This document shows positions 1 through 9,110 of a stretch of DNA of 62,289 nucleotides, one piece after another. The stretch is from positions 1-62,289 of IMG/VR virus record IMGVR_UViG_3300031953_000007; one strand, written 5' to 3'. Numbering within the stretch: position 1 is the first letter of the stretch; every line of letters starts with the position of its first letter. The position numbers were made by a program, and so were the translations under genes. Below the pieces are notes generated by a model. That model saw only the letters and a list, made by a program, of their open reading frames with translations, did not search any database and was not told the origin of the DNA. Source of the stretch: a virus. Taxonomy: Duplodnaviria > Caudoviricetes.

Positions 1-264
1 GCAGAGCCTGTGGGCAACGGCTACGCCCGAGTGGCAACCACCGGCGCTGACTGGTCTCGCGCCGCGGGCGTAATGTCCAACGGCGTTGAGATGGCGTTCC
101 CAGAAGCCACAGGCTCACAGGGCACGTTGACGCACTTTGCTTTGTTCGACGCTGCGACCGCGGGCAACCAAATTACCTATGGCGCTTTGACTGTCGATAA
201 AGCTATTGCGGCTGCGGAGACACTGCGCTTCCCTATTGGAAACCTGACGTTCACTTTGGATTGA
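1..264 (+). CDS. 5'-truncated virion/tail structural protein (paralogue of 42558..42956)
   Basis: Frame open from base 1; GNGYARV...FPEAT...THFALFDAATAGN pattern matches the 132-aa tail-module ORF. Confidence 0.7.
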   Translation, partial: AEPVGNGYARVATTGADWSRAAGVMSNGVEMAFPEATGSQGTLTHFALFDAATAGNQITYGALTVDKAIAAAETLRFPIGNLTFTLD

Positions 265-268
265 TCTG

Positions 269-598
269 ATGAGCTCGCTCTACGTCAACAACGACCACCA
301 CGTTGAGCTGCGTAAGCTCCGGGAAGCTTCCGGGGCTTTTGTCGCTGGCGCGACTGTCGTAGCTACGATGTATGAGTCGGATGGTGTAACGGAAGTGTTG
401 GGGGTCACTTGGCCCTTAGCACTAAGTTACACCGGTGCCAGAGGAACGTACAAAACCGACCTCCCGGCAAGCGCTACGTTCGAAGGAGGTAAGCGCTACG
501 TGCTGAGAGTAACCGCGACTTACGCTGGCAGGCAGTACCAAGAAGAACTGGTGCTACGTGCTAACAAAAGGCGGAGCCTTGCGACTATCGATGTTTAG
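269..598 (+). CDS. Hypothetical protein, probably virion-associated beta-sandwich
   Basis: 109-aa ORF immediately after the tail-type gene, followed by terminators. Confidence 0.55.
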   Translation: MSSLYVNNDHHVELRKLREASGAFVAGATVVATMYESDGVTEVLGVTWPLALSYTGARGTYKTDLPASATFEGGKRYVLRVTATYAGRQYQEELVLRANKRRSLATIDV

Positions 599-674
599 CA
601 ACTGCGCGACTGACAGAGTTGTGCGCTCTTCGGGCGCCAAAAAATTACTTTGTAACCTTGTCGTCCGGTAATGG

Positions 675-711
675 AAAAAACAGGCCGCAGCTTATACAAG
701 CGGCCTGTTTT
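675..711. terminator. Bidirectional intrinsic terminator between the convergent arms
   Basis: AAAAAACAGGCCGC...GCGGCCTGTTTT; a second hairpin CCAGTGTGG...CCACACTGG lies at about 719-750. Confidence 0.75.
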
Positions 712-784
712 GTACTGACCAGTGTGGAGATAGCGGTATCACCACACTGGGGGCAAGTCATTTAGTTAATACCATAGCTAATCC

Positions 785-1411
785 TCAATGCTTGGGGTAC
801 GCCACATTAGGTACACTCAGATCCCAACAGGCACGGCAGCTACCGCATTCGTTGCCTTGGTTCTGAGCAGGACAGGTAACACTTGCTTTGTCCGTAGTCA
901 CTGTCGACGTGTTCACGAACCGCAGCGGAGCTGGGCCATCGACCATGGTGCCAGACACGCGGATAACCAGATTGAGAGGGAAGTTTACTACGTCCTTCAT
1001 ATACCTTGCGACTGTAGTCTTCTCTCTGGTCGGTATCCAGAACTTAGTTCCCGGGCAGCGACGCGCTACTTCTGCGATGTTCTCTAAGTGCCACTCCCCC
1101 TGCAGATCACCGGCGTCGTGCCAGCGGAAAAACGTCTCTTTTTTGCGTTGAATAAGAAACACCATCGCGTCTACCCAGTGCGGAGAACGAAGCGACTCGA
1201 ATCTACGCTCCTGAGCGGCTACAACGTTCGGGAACATGTACCGGCCTTTGAGGGCGTAGCAGTCTGAACAGACACTATTGGGTACTTTAACCAGTTCGGC
1301 GCCTACCTTGCACCGAGTAGCGGGGATGCCGTATGACAACCCCGGCATTTTGGAGGGCTTACCCAGCCCCCCAACGTATTTTTCAGCTTCTTTTACTGTT
1401 CTGAATACCAT
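785..1411 (-). CDS. GP88-like protein (Cys-rich, radical-SAM-like phage family)
   Basis: SKMPG..IPA..C, CSDCYA.KG.Y, FRWHDAGD and CGSCRACW motifs. Confidence 0.7.
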   Translation of the reverse strand: MVFRTVKEAEKYVGGLGKPSKMPGLSYGIPATRCKVGAELVKVPNSVCSDCYALKGRYMFPNVVAAQERRFESLRSPHWVDAMVFLIQRKKETFFRWHDAGDLQGEWHLENIAEVARRCPGTKFWIPTREKTTVARYMKDVVNFPLNLVIRVSGTMVDGPAPLRFVNTSTVTTDKASVTCPAQNQGNECGSCRACWDLSVPNVAYPKH

Positions 1412-1773
1412 TCATAATCCTCTCGCGCATGGAGAAACCGGTGCGTAGGGTGTTTGAACTTTTGTTGAATTAAAAAGGCCACCGCTTTTTTGCACAGGGC
1501 GTCGCCGTGCTCGGCCATAGCTACAAGTCTTTGATAGACGTGGTTGGGGGAATGCGCTTTTGCTAAAGAAAACAGTTGGGGGATTGTCCCGTTCATTGGG
1601 ATTACAATCATGAACTTAAGAGCCTGAGCCTCCATGTTGTCATCGTGTGACCAGCGCTGCGTAGGGTCTAAGGTGCCTAGAGTTCCCCCTCTTTCTAACT
1701 GGTACCATAGCCACTGCTGATACTTTCTAGCTTCGGCTTCTTCCATCGCTTTCTGGAGTTTCGGGAGCGTCAT
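1393..1773 (-). CDS. Hypothetical protein
   Basis: In operon orientation, overlapping neighbours; distant similarity to 15454..15834. Confidence 0.55.
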   Translation of the reverse strand: MTLPKLQKAMEEAEARKYQQWLWYQLERGGTLGTLDPTQRWSHDDNMEAQALKFMIVIPMNGTIPQLFSLAKAHSPNHVYQRLVAMAEHGDALCKKAVAFLIQQKFKHPTHRFLHAREDYEWYSEQ

Positions 1774-1930
1774 TTTTTCTAGCCTCCTGAGCTTTGCGCT
1801 CGGCGCGTTTTCGTTTTTGCGCTTGTAGAAAATCGTCGATAAGCAGGTAAGTTGCTATCCCCGTAGCAATTAGTGTGTAGCTTGAGGTCACTACTTTAGT
1901 GATCTTGAAAACTATTCGGGCAAATGCCAT
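1727..1930 (-). CDS. Small membrane protein
   Basis: ATG at 1930; one hydrophobic segment followed by a basic tail. Confidence 0.5.
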   Translation of the reverse strand: MAFARIVFKITKVVTSSYTLIATGIATYLLIDDFLQAQKRKRAERKAQEARKNDAPETPESDGRSRS

Positions 1931-2337
1931 ACAGAATCGCCTACTTGAGAATGTACCCACGCGGATACCTCAGCAGTCGTGTGCATACGGGCGACAAAAT
2001 CCTGAGCTCTAAGCCCTTCGACCCAAGTTACTTCGTCCGTAAGAATGACACCACCGGTGGGGCACCCGACAATGACAGCAACGTTCCGGCCTTCTCTTTT
2101 CCGACGGGTCAGCCACTGTAGTTGTAGTGCTGAGAGGTCTGGGATTATCTGTGTATTTGCGCGCTTAGGAAGAGCGGGGATGTACTTGTACTCAACCCAC
2201 AAGTCGCCTTCGCAACCTGAGTAGAAGACATCCGGGATCCCGCCCTTATAGGGGTTGTTGGTTTTGTCGCTGTACACAAGTGGGATTTTTTTGTGTACGC
2301 GACCGATGAATCGATTCTCAGGTTTGGTGTTGGCCAC
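1912..2337 (-). CDS. VRR-NUC / PD-(D/E)XK nuclease (resolvase-like)
   Basis: GIPD...WVEYK...LSALQLQWL...G.NVAV. Confidence 0.75.
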   Translation of the reverse strand: MANTKPENRFIGRVHKKIPLVYSDKTNNPYKGGIPDVFYSGCEGDLWVEYKYIPALPKRANTQIIPDLSALQLQWLTRRKREGRNVAVIVGCPTGGVILTDEVTWVEGLRAQDFVARMHTTAEVSAWVHSQVGDSVWHLPE

Positions 2338-2857
2338 TGAACATCGCCTTGAGGTTGTCTTGCAGGTCTTCGCGAGAGCCGGAGTTGTTCAGCACGAAGT
2401 CGGCAGGGTCTATGTCTAATTTGGCTTCGCTGGAATGCTCTTCAACTTCGCGGGCGCGGCCTGTCAGGTGCACGATGCGGCCCCCGGATTCTCGAATCCA
2501 ATTAGCCTCGTGTTCAAACCGTACGTCCGTCACGATCATACCGACCCCACTCCGTAGGAACCGGTCCTGAGCCATGATGACCCATATGTCACCTCGGACT
2601 AAGTTCTGGCCCCACTCAGTGCCGAGAGTCTGCATCAAGCGTCTGGGCGACACGCCAAGCAGCGGAATGACGTCGTCTTTACGAGCGTCCCAGTAGGGGT
2701 CATTCAGATCTACACCAATCTGGGCCAGCATGCGTTTGATGGGCGAAGCAAAGCTGTAGGTATAGCCGCCGAGATATGACAGAACAAAGCTTCCTGCCGT
2801 GTCCTTGCCGCTACCCGCCGGGCCTGCGATGCCTATTATTGGGAGGGGGCGAGACAT
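2318..2857 (-). CDS. Deoxynucleoside monophosphate kinase
   Basis: P-loop GPAGSGKDT, SPRRLMQTLGTEWG, TDVRFEHE. Confidence 0.85.
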   Translation of the reverse strand: MSRPLPIIGIAGPAGSGKDTAGSFVLSYLGGYTYSFASPIKRMLAQIGVDLNDPYWDARKDDVIPLLGVSPRRLMQTLGTEWGQNLVRGDIWVIMAQDRFLRSGVGMIVTDVRFEHEANWIRESGGRIVHLTGRAREVEEHSSEAKLDIDPADFVLNNSGSREDLQDNLKAMFSGQHQT

Positions 2858-3411
2858 CTTTTGTAGATCTCCAGAAGGTGAAGGGTTTGTTGCATCGCAT
2901 CGTCTAGCGCGTAGTGAGGGGTCCCTTTAAAATTAGGAGCCAAGTCCTTAGCACCGGGCAAGTTTTTCAGGGTTCGAAAACATCGGTCGTTGTAAAACTT
3001 CCACGGCGGATTCATATCAGCAGCGGCGTATAGGTTTCGCAGAATCACGTTGTCAAACGCGGCTCCGTTACCCCACATTTTCACGTTGTCAGTGTCTTTA
3101 CCTGACACCCCCCATACGAAATTTGAGATGTCTCTCAGACCATCGTGCAGATAGTTTACTCGGTTACCAAACCCTTCGTGAAACAGCATCCGTGCTTCTG
3201 GCGACTGTTCACTCCACCACTTTTTTGTTGCTGTGGAGATTGTCCGGTCGCAAAATTCTTGCTCGCCCATGCAGTTTTCGCTATTGAGCTCAATATAGAA
3301 CTCAGCGCCTGTTTCCCCAGTATTGGGGTCGAACGCTACGATACCAACAGACAGCACAAGCGCGTCGCTGCCGGTATCTAGAGTTTCTAGGTCTACCATG
3401 AAGTGCTTCAT
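2836..3411 (-). CDS. 3'-5' exoribonuclease (DEDDh, RNase AS-like)
   Basis: MVDLETL, WGNGAAFD, HYALDDA; start moved to ATG 3411. Confidence 0.8.
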   Translation of the reverse strand: MKHFMVDLETLDTGSDALVLSVGIVAFDPNTGETGAEFYIELNSENCMGEQEFCDRTISTATKKWWSEQSPEARMLFHEGFGNRVNYLHDGLRDISNFVWGVSGKDTDNVKMWGNGAAFDNVILRNLYAAADMNPPWKFYNDRCFRTLKNLPGAKDLAPNFKGTPHYALDDAMQQTLHLLEIYKRCLAPSQ

Positions 3412-3749
3412 TAAAGCATGCTCCTGACTACAGCTTGGAACAGATAGTCTTTCACTTTCTGCTCTTGATCTAGCTCGTAATAAGGCACGAAACACGGGTG
3501 CTCTTTCTTAGCCGGGTCTTTTTTCGGCCCGTACTTCCAGCCGTCGGCACGTTTTTCATCGAGCCAGCTTTCATGGGATTTCTCAGGCGTGGCATCTGGA
3601 TTGCTTTGTGTGTATTCAACACCGGTTATAGCGCTTTTCTTTTGCCACTCAGGAGCTTCGTCCCAAGGTATCTGGCTGTCATCGCCGATAGCTGTGCAAT
3701 ATGCGCGATTTACTTCGTGGGCAACGCGGGCAATTTTTTTAATGTCCAT
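3411..3749 (-). CDS. RyR-domain phage protein
   Basis: HESW...K..DGWKYG..KD...K.HPC.VPY.EL...K.KD signature. Confidence 0.75.
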   Translation of the reverse strand: MDIKKIARVAHEVNRAYCTAIGDDSQIPWDEAPEWQKKSAITGVEYTQSNPDATPEKSHESWLDEKRADGWKYGPKKDPAKKEHPCFVPYYELDQEQKVKDYLFQAVVRSML

Positions 3750-3751
3750 AA

Positions 3752-4060
3752 TTACACCTCTTCCGATAATTTGCGGTACGCTTCCAAGCGCCAAATTTCT
3801 GAGAACGAGTTGTCGTGGCTGATCTTTTTCCCGATTTCGTCGCGCCAGTTACTGGGGTCTATGCACGCAGCAGGTTTGCCGACGACAACAAAACCGTTAT
3901 CCATGCAGATACCGCAATACATGAACTTTTGTCCGCATAGTACGACGGTTTCATAGCTTACGTTAACAATCCGTGCTTCGATTGAGTCAGCAGTTACTCT
4001 GTCGCCAGCGCAACCTTGCTCATCCATCATCTCAGCGACTTTTTCGTGATCTTGTGCCAT
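3752..4060 (-). CDS. N4 gp49/Sf6 gp66-family protein
   Basis: VT...I......NGF.V.G..AC.DP.N....IG.......IW.LEAY pattern. Confidence 0.7.
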   Translation of the reverse strand: MAQDHEKVAEMMDEQGCAGDRVTADSIEARIVNVSYETVVLCGQKFMYCGICMDNGFVVVGKPAACIDPSNWRDEIGKKISHDNSFSEIWRLEAYRKLSEEV

Positions 4061-4065
4061 GAGAT

Positions 4066-4299
4066 TTATCCTTTGAGTTTTAGAATCGACGTGTTCAACT
4101 TGTCGACGTGCTTCTGCGTTGCCGCTAGCAGCTTGTCGAGGTTTTTACGGTCACGGGTGTATGTGCGATCAAGCAGCCGACTTTGTTTGTCCTGATCCCT
4201 GAGCGAAGAAAGAGCCTCCCGCATCTCTGCGTTCAGCTCCTTGATTCGTTCGTCGTCAGTATCAGTCGGCATGATCACACTGGATTTGCGTGTGGCCAT
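4066..4299 (-). CDS. Hypothetical coiled-coil protein
   Basis: AGGAG RBS, operon position. Confidence 0.55.
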   Translation of the reverse strand: MATRKSSVIMPTDTDDERIKELNAEMREALSSLRDQDKQSRLLDRTYTRDRKNLDKLLAATQKHVDKLNTSILKLKG

Positions 4300-4311
4300 G
4301 CCTGCTGCTCC

Positions 4312-5022
4312 TTAGCGCTTACGTTTAGGTGGCTCGTACTGAGATACATCGGGCTCAGTGACTAGGCGCTTGGTAGCGTCTTCACGGTGCTCGAAGAACA
4401 AACCCATCTCTGCGTTTTCCAGCGGTCGAACCACTGAGAACTTAGGCGATGCGTAAGTCAGGTTTTCGTCCAGCCAAACTTTGGTGACCACGCCAATAGG
4501 AACGGTCTTGTGCTTGCTAGCCAACGTATTCACATAGCTGTCGTAGTTCTTCAACGACGCCGGCGATACAGTCAGCAACCAGACAGGTGGTGGCTCGTCC
4601 GGGGAATCCAGAGCCGTAACAGGAGATACAGCCAGCAAGCGTGTGTTCTTGCACGCTTTGCCTTTACCAACCAGAGCAGAACCGAACTGGTTTTGAAGGC
4701 AGGACGCACAAGCATCCGATTGGCGGTCAGGGGAATTGTCAGAAGGCACCAGTGATGTTGGCTCAGGGCCAATAGCAAAGCATGCCGGTGGTTGGGGATT
4801 GTCCCGATCATACTGCGAGTCGTAGTACATGTTTGCGGACATGAAGTCCAAGACCACAACCTCGAGCTGCTCACCTTCTCCCCCGTCAGGAGTCAGAATA
4901 GTGTGTCCGTTAAAGCGAATGCGGTCACCAGACGGTGCTGCAATGCGCTTAGATATACCGGCAACTTCTTTGGCCATCAGCTCGGCGTAATTGATCGGAA
5001 GGTTATCTTGGGTCTTTGCCAT
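4312..5022 (-). CDS. Putative ssDNA-binding/recombination protein
   Basis: YYD..YD.DNP.PPAC, CASC.QNQFGS, GKACKN motifs seen in phage replication modules; function inferred from context. Confidence 0.5.
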   Translation of the reverse strand: MAKTQDNLPINYAELMAKEVAGISKRIAAPSGDRIRFNGHTILTPDGGEGEQLEVVVLDFMSANMYYDSQYDRDNPQPPACFAIGPEPTSLVPSDNSPDRQSDACASCLQNQFGSALVGKGKACKNTRLLAVSPVTALDSPDEPPPVWLLTVSPASLKNYDSYVNTLASKHKTVPIGVVTKVWLDENLTYASPKFSVVRPLENAEMGLFFEHREDATKRLVTEPDVSQYEPPKRKR

Positions 5023-5042
5023 CTTTGCGGTCTCTCTATCAG

Positions 5043-5417
5043 TTATTTTGAGGAGTTGTTAAGGGTCAGCTTACGCTTTACAAAAGGCACAACCCCCGGT
5101 ATTTTCCCGTCGTGCTCGAACATCTCTCGACATGCCAGCACTGCGGGGCGACGCTCCAACATATGGAAATACTTGTGCTCATGAATGAATTCATAGAACA
5201 GGTCCCAGTTCTCCACAGCAGGTACTACGCTCTTGGTAATTGATACAGAAGCAGCTCCGCTGGCAGCTTTAAAAGTGCCGGCTTCATCCATCTGATCAAT
5301 CAATTCGCACTCCAACTCAGACATTGATTTGGAGATGTCTTTTACTTCTTTTTCTAGGTCCCGCTTCGCTTCTCGAAGCGCGTAAAGCCGATTAATTTTA
5401 TCACCTATGGTCGACAT
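5043..5417 (-). CDS. Hypothetical replication-module protein
   Basis: N-terminal coiled coil, V.NWD.FY.FI and IPGV motifs; ATG 5417. Confidence 0.6.
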   Translation of the reverse strand: MSTIGDKINRLYALREAKRDLEKEVKDISKSMSELECELIDQMDEAGTFKAASGAASVSITKSVVPAVENWDLFYEFIHEHKYFHMLERRPAVLACREMFEHDGKIPGVVPFVKRKLTLNNSSK

Positions 5418-5418
5418 G

Positions 5419-5676
5419 TTATATACCTTTCCAACACCGTGGGCATTCAACTTGGGTTACAAAAGCGCCGTTTCGTTTGTCTACATAGCCTGCCCCGTTG
5501 CACTCGTTACAGACCTTGCGGGACAGGATACGGTACGCACGTTGGACGCGGTTAAAATCATCGTTGCCGCCTCCGCGGTCCGGATGATGTTTCATAGCGA
5601 GCCGCTTATAAGCGAGTCGAGTTTCTTCAGGAGTAGCCGTAACGGGCACCCCTAAAATGTCGTGGTAGATGCTCAT
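5419..5676 (-). CDS. Mini DnaJ: J-domain plus one zinc finger
   Basis: ILGV...AYKRLAMKHHPDRGG, then CNECNGAG...CPRC. Confidence 0.85.
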   Translation of the reverse strand: MSIYHDILGVPVTATPEETRLAYKRLAMKHHPDRGGGNDDFNRVQRAYRILSRKVCNECNGAGYVDKRNGAFVTQVECPRCWKGI

Positions 5677-7523
5677 TTTGAATATTCTCGCGCGCTGCCG
5701 CCAGCTGCGGCTAACGGCAAATCCGGAGCCCAATCAGGTGGAGTAGACATAATCTCGAGCATAGTAGCCAGAGCCCAAGCTGCTTTGTCGTTAGGTACGA
5801 CAGCGACAATCTCGTCGTGGGTCATCGTGGCTACGCGAATACCCGCGTCGGCTACCTTGAGCATCTGCTCAGCCACTACGTTACGGGCCAAAGCCTGTAC
5901 AAAGTTCTCAGTCAGCAGCCCACCGTACAGCTTAGACCGGCCATTCTTGTTCGCGTAGGTGACTTCGTTGGCGACAATATCGCCGTACATCTCGACAGCT
6001 TCACCTTCCAGCAGCGGATAGTGCAGGAACAAACCGTTGGGCAGGCGGGTATACCACTTGCCATAGTCCAAAGGACCTAAGCTGCCAGTCTTGCCTACGC
6101 ACATGTTGGTCACTACTTTGTCCGCTTCTTTCCAATACTTGACGATCTTGTGGTTCTTGGTCCGGTAAATCCTGACGATTGCCTTGCACTCGTCCAGTGT
6201 CAGATCTACTGGCGGGCCCATGGCGCCTAAGCGCAGAGTCTGCTGTAGTTTGTAAGCCCCCATACCAAACCCAAGACCCAACACACAGACCTTACCGATA
6301 AACCGCTGGTCTTTGGTGATCTGGTCTACAGGTACATGGTAGATAGCCGAAGCCATCAGCACGTACACGTCTTCTTTCCTGCGGAACGCGTCCAGAATGT
6401 CATTCTGCCCAGCTACCCAAGCCAACATGCGGGCTTCAATCTGAGCGGAGTCGGCCACTACAATCTGATGCCCTGCCGGTGCAATAATAGATTTGCGTAG
6501 CTCACCACCACGCACGAAGTTTTGTAGGTTCAGCTTGTTGCCGCCAGACCACCGGTGCGTGTGAGCACCTGAATAGTGTAGTAACACAGGGAGTTTTTGG
6601 CCGTCACTACCGGCTTCGATTAAACGCTGGGCCCGAGACTCGCCAATCGTAGATTTTACACGCAGCCGTGCTTCAGCCAGATCACGAATGTTTTCGCGTT
6701 CATGGGTCTGCAAAGCTTTAAAGCCGTCGTCTGTTTTAGCGAAAGCAAAAGTTTCTAGGCCCGTAGTAGGGCTAATCTTTGTTGGCGGCTCTACGCCGTG
6801 TTTACGTAGCACCATGGCGAACTTGTTGTTGCTCATTAACGAAGCAACTGGGATCTGAGCTTTATTAATTCGGAATTTTTTCTCGGCAATTTCGCGTTCC
6901 AGCTCTGCTTGTGCCCGTGGCTCGTCAACTTCAAGAACAGGGTCGCAGAACATCCGTATGGTCAGGTCGACCAGCCGAAACTCGTCATGTGGAAAATGAG
7001 GCTCCATGACGTCAAAGATATTGCGCGTATCGTCTGTGTCGTCTATGCAGTATTCGCCGAGCTTTTTCTCTTGGATTTTAGGTAACGTGTAAATGTCCTT
7101 GGTGTTAGACAAGGCATCTTTCTTCACCTTACCTTTGAAACCGTGCAGCTTAGCGACGGTATTCAAGTCATGCCGCATGTTTGCCGGGTGCACGCCGCGC
7201 GACATAGACAGGCTATCCAGATAGAACCCCGGGATTATGTCGTAGTGCTCAGACAGTATGAAACCGTCGAACGCCGTGTTGTGGCACAGCAGCGCTGTTT
7301 TTGACCAGTCAATTGCGCGCAACGCCATAATTACGTTGGCTGCGCCAGCAAACCACTTGGTAGGCAGGTCTCCTTTTTTAATCCCAACGCCGTGAACTTT
7401 GAAACGAGGGTCGCGAATGTACTCCGAAACGTTGAGGCTTCCCGAAAGTGTGAAGTCCTTACCGTAGAAAGTTTCAAAATCGAGAGTGACAATTTCATAG
7501 TCCACGCTGTTGATCGTGATCAT
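5673..7523 (-). CDS. polA: DNA polymerase family A with 3'-5' exonuclease domain
   Basis: Exo DFET and HNTAFD; motif A DSAQIEAR; motif B R...K...LG..FG; motif C HDE. Confidence 0.9.
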   Translation of the reverse strand: MITINSVDYEIVTLDFETFYGKDFTLSGSLNVSEYIRDPRFKVHGVGIKKGDLPTKWFAGAANVIMALRAIDWSKTALLCHNTAFDGFILSEHYDIIPGFYLDSLSMSRGVHPANMRHDLNTVAKLHGFKGKVKKDALSNTKDIYTLPKIQEKKLGEYCIDDTDDTRNIFDVMEPHFPHDEFRLVDLTIRMFCDPVLEVDEPRAQAELEREIAEKKFRINKAQIPVASLMSNNKFAMVLRKHGVEPPTKISPTTGLETFAFAKTDDGFKALQTHERENIRDLAEARLRVKSTIGESRAQRLIEAGSDGQKLPVLLHYSGAHTHRWSGGNKLNLQNFVRGGELRKSIIAPAGHQIVVADSAQIEARMLAWVAGQNDILDAFRRKEDVYVLMASAIYHVPVDQITKDQRFIGKVCVLGLGFGMGAYKLQQTLRLGAMGPPVDLTLDECKAIVRIYRTKNHKIVKYWKEADKVVTNMCVGKTGSLGPLDYGKWYTRLPNGLFLHYPLLEGEAVEMYGDIVANEVTYANKNGRSKLYGGLLTENFVQALARNVVAEQMLKVADAGIRVATMTHDEIVAVVPNDKAAWALATMLEIMSTPPDWAPDLPLAAAGGSAREYSK

Positions 7524-7530
7524 GCAGGGC

Positions 7531-7704
7531 TCACTTCTTTTGGATGTGTACGACTTGGCCGCGCTTTCTGGCGACGAGAGTTAACTCCCCTTGAGGGGTC
7601 TCGTATTCTAAAGTGAAATCGGTTCCCTTTTCTGCATGTTTCACAGCATCGTGCGCACATTGCCACTCTTCGATGGTTTTAATGCCGTGGAGAACTATTT
7701 TCAT
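7531..7704 (-). CDS. Small hypothetical protein (57 aa, not in ORF track)
   Basis: MKIVLHGIK...HIQKK read manually; ATGA-coupled to the helicase stop. Confidence 0.55.
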   Translation of the reverse strand: MKIVLHGIKTIEEWQCAHDAVKHAEKGTDFTLEYETPQGELTLVARKRGQVVHIQKK

Positions 7705-9110
7705 GGTCCGAACACCGATTTCATAAGGTCTAGAAAAGTTAGCTGGCGGGCGTCTTTGTCCATCAGCTTCTGGTACACCGTTTCTTCGATAGTGTTTTTA
7801 GCAATAATCACGATTGTTTCAGTGTTGAGTTTTTGAGTAGCCCGGTAAATGCGCCGGTTACCTTGAACAAAGTGCTCAAGGTTGTAGGTAGGGCTCGCCC
7901 AGATAGTCGTGGTGCCTTTGGTCAACGTCAGCCCGTGCGCAGCGCTTTGCGGGTGGGCAAGCAGAACTTGGTAAAACCCCGCTTGATATTCGTCGACTGC
8001 TTTTTTACGGTCGCTGTCTTTAACGGAGCCGTCGATTAAAACGTACTTTATGCCCCGTCTTTCAAACTCAGCGATTAAGTTATTGCGCTGGTGGATCCAG
8101 TTGAAAAATACAATGCTGTGCTTCCGGTCTTCGACAAGCTCACCAACGAGCTCGTAGCGCCCTGTGTCGATGTTTACAAACTGGCCTGTAGGGACGTCAC
8201 CCTCTAAGTCTGGTTCCGTGTTGTACACTGCGCCAGAGGCTATCTGAAGAAGCTTAGTCGCTACAGAGGCTGCGTTGACAGCGGTTACTATCTCGTTGCT
8301 TTGGGTCAGAGCTATGCCTACCCGCTCCATATCCGTATAAGCTCGCCGTTGCTTAGCGCTTAAAGCGTAGTTCACAGAAAACGTGTGGTTCGGCGGAATG
8401 CTCAAGCACTCTTCAAACTTGTGCCTGACAGTGATGTCGCTAAGCAACTGAGAAACTGAGAGCTCCGCGCCTTCTTTGTCTTGCCATTTAAGCATATTGG
8501 CACTTGGCCCGACTTGTACAGGCTCACATACAGCAGCGCGAAACTGATAAAATGAGGTACCCAGTCGCACACCGTCGTCGATAAGAAACGCCGGATGCCA
8601 CACATCTACGATAGAGTTTGCGTTTGGCGTGCCTGTCAGTCCTGCACGATACCGGAAGAATTTTTTAATCTTATTTACAGCCTTGGAGCGCTGGCTAGTC
8701 TTATGTTTGAACGTCGATATTTCGTCGATAATAAGAGTGTGGAAAGACGCAAAAAATGCCGGTTTCTGTTTGGCTAACCAATTGGCAGCATCGGTATTGG
8801 TGATGTAGACATCTGCAGGGACTTGAAAGGCCTTCTCTCGATTTGAGGCCCGGGCCACTGAGCACACTAGCTCGGGTGCAAATTTCTTGATGTCGTCTTC
8901 CCATGCCGATTCCAACAGAGTTTTTGGGGCAATTATTAGCGCTTTGCCCGGATCATGTTTGATTCGTTGACGGTAGGCTTCGATCTGCACACGCGTTTTG
9001 CCAGTGCCCGGGTCCGAAGTGTCTAAAATACGGTCGCACTTGGCTATGCGGTCAACACTTTGCTGCTGATGCGCAAATAACGGAGGTATTTTAGGCATTT
9101 TTTTGGACAA
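7701..9110 (-). CDS. SNF2-family (SF2) helicase
   Basis: DPGTGKT, IIDEIS, LTGTP, HGLTL, Q...RIYR. Confidence 0.9.
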   Translation of the reverse strand: MSKKMPKIPPLFAHQQQSVDRIAKCDRILDTSDPGTGKTRVQIEAYRQRIKHDPGKALIIAPKTLLESAWEDDIKKFAPELVCSVARASNREKAFQVPADVYITNTDAANWLAKQKPAFFASFHTLIIDEISTFKHKTSQRSKAVNKIKKFFRYRAGLTGTPNANSIVDVWHPAFLIDDGVRLGTSFYQFRAAVCEPVQVGPSANMLKWQDKEGAELSVSQLLSDITVRHKFEECLSIPPNHTFSVNYALSAKQRRAYTDMERVGIALTQSNEIVTAVNAASVATKLLQIASGAVYNTEPDLEGDVPTGQFVNIDTGRYELVGELVEDRKHSIVFFNWIHQRNNLIAEFERRGIKYVLIDGSVKDSDRKKAVDEYQAGFYQVLLAHPQSAAHGLTLTKGTTTIWASPTYNLEHFVQGNRRIYRATQKLNTETIVIIAKNTIEETVYQKLMDKDARQLTFLDLMKSVFGP

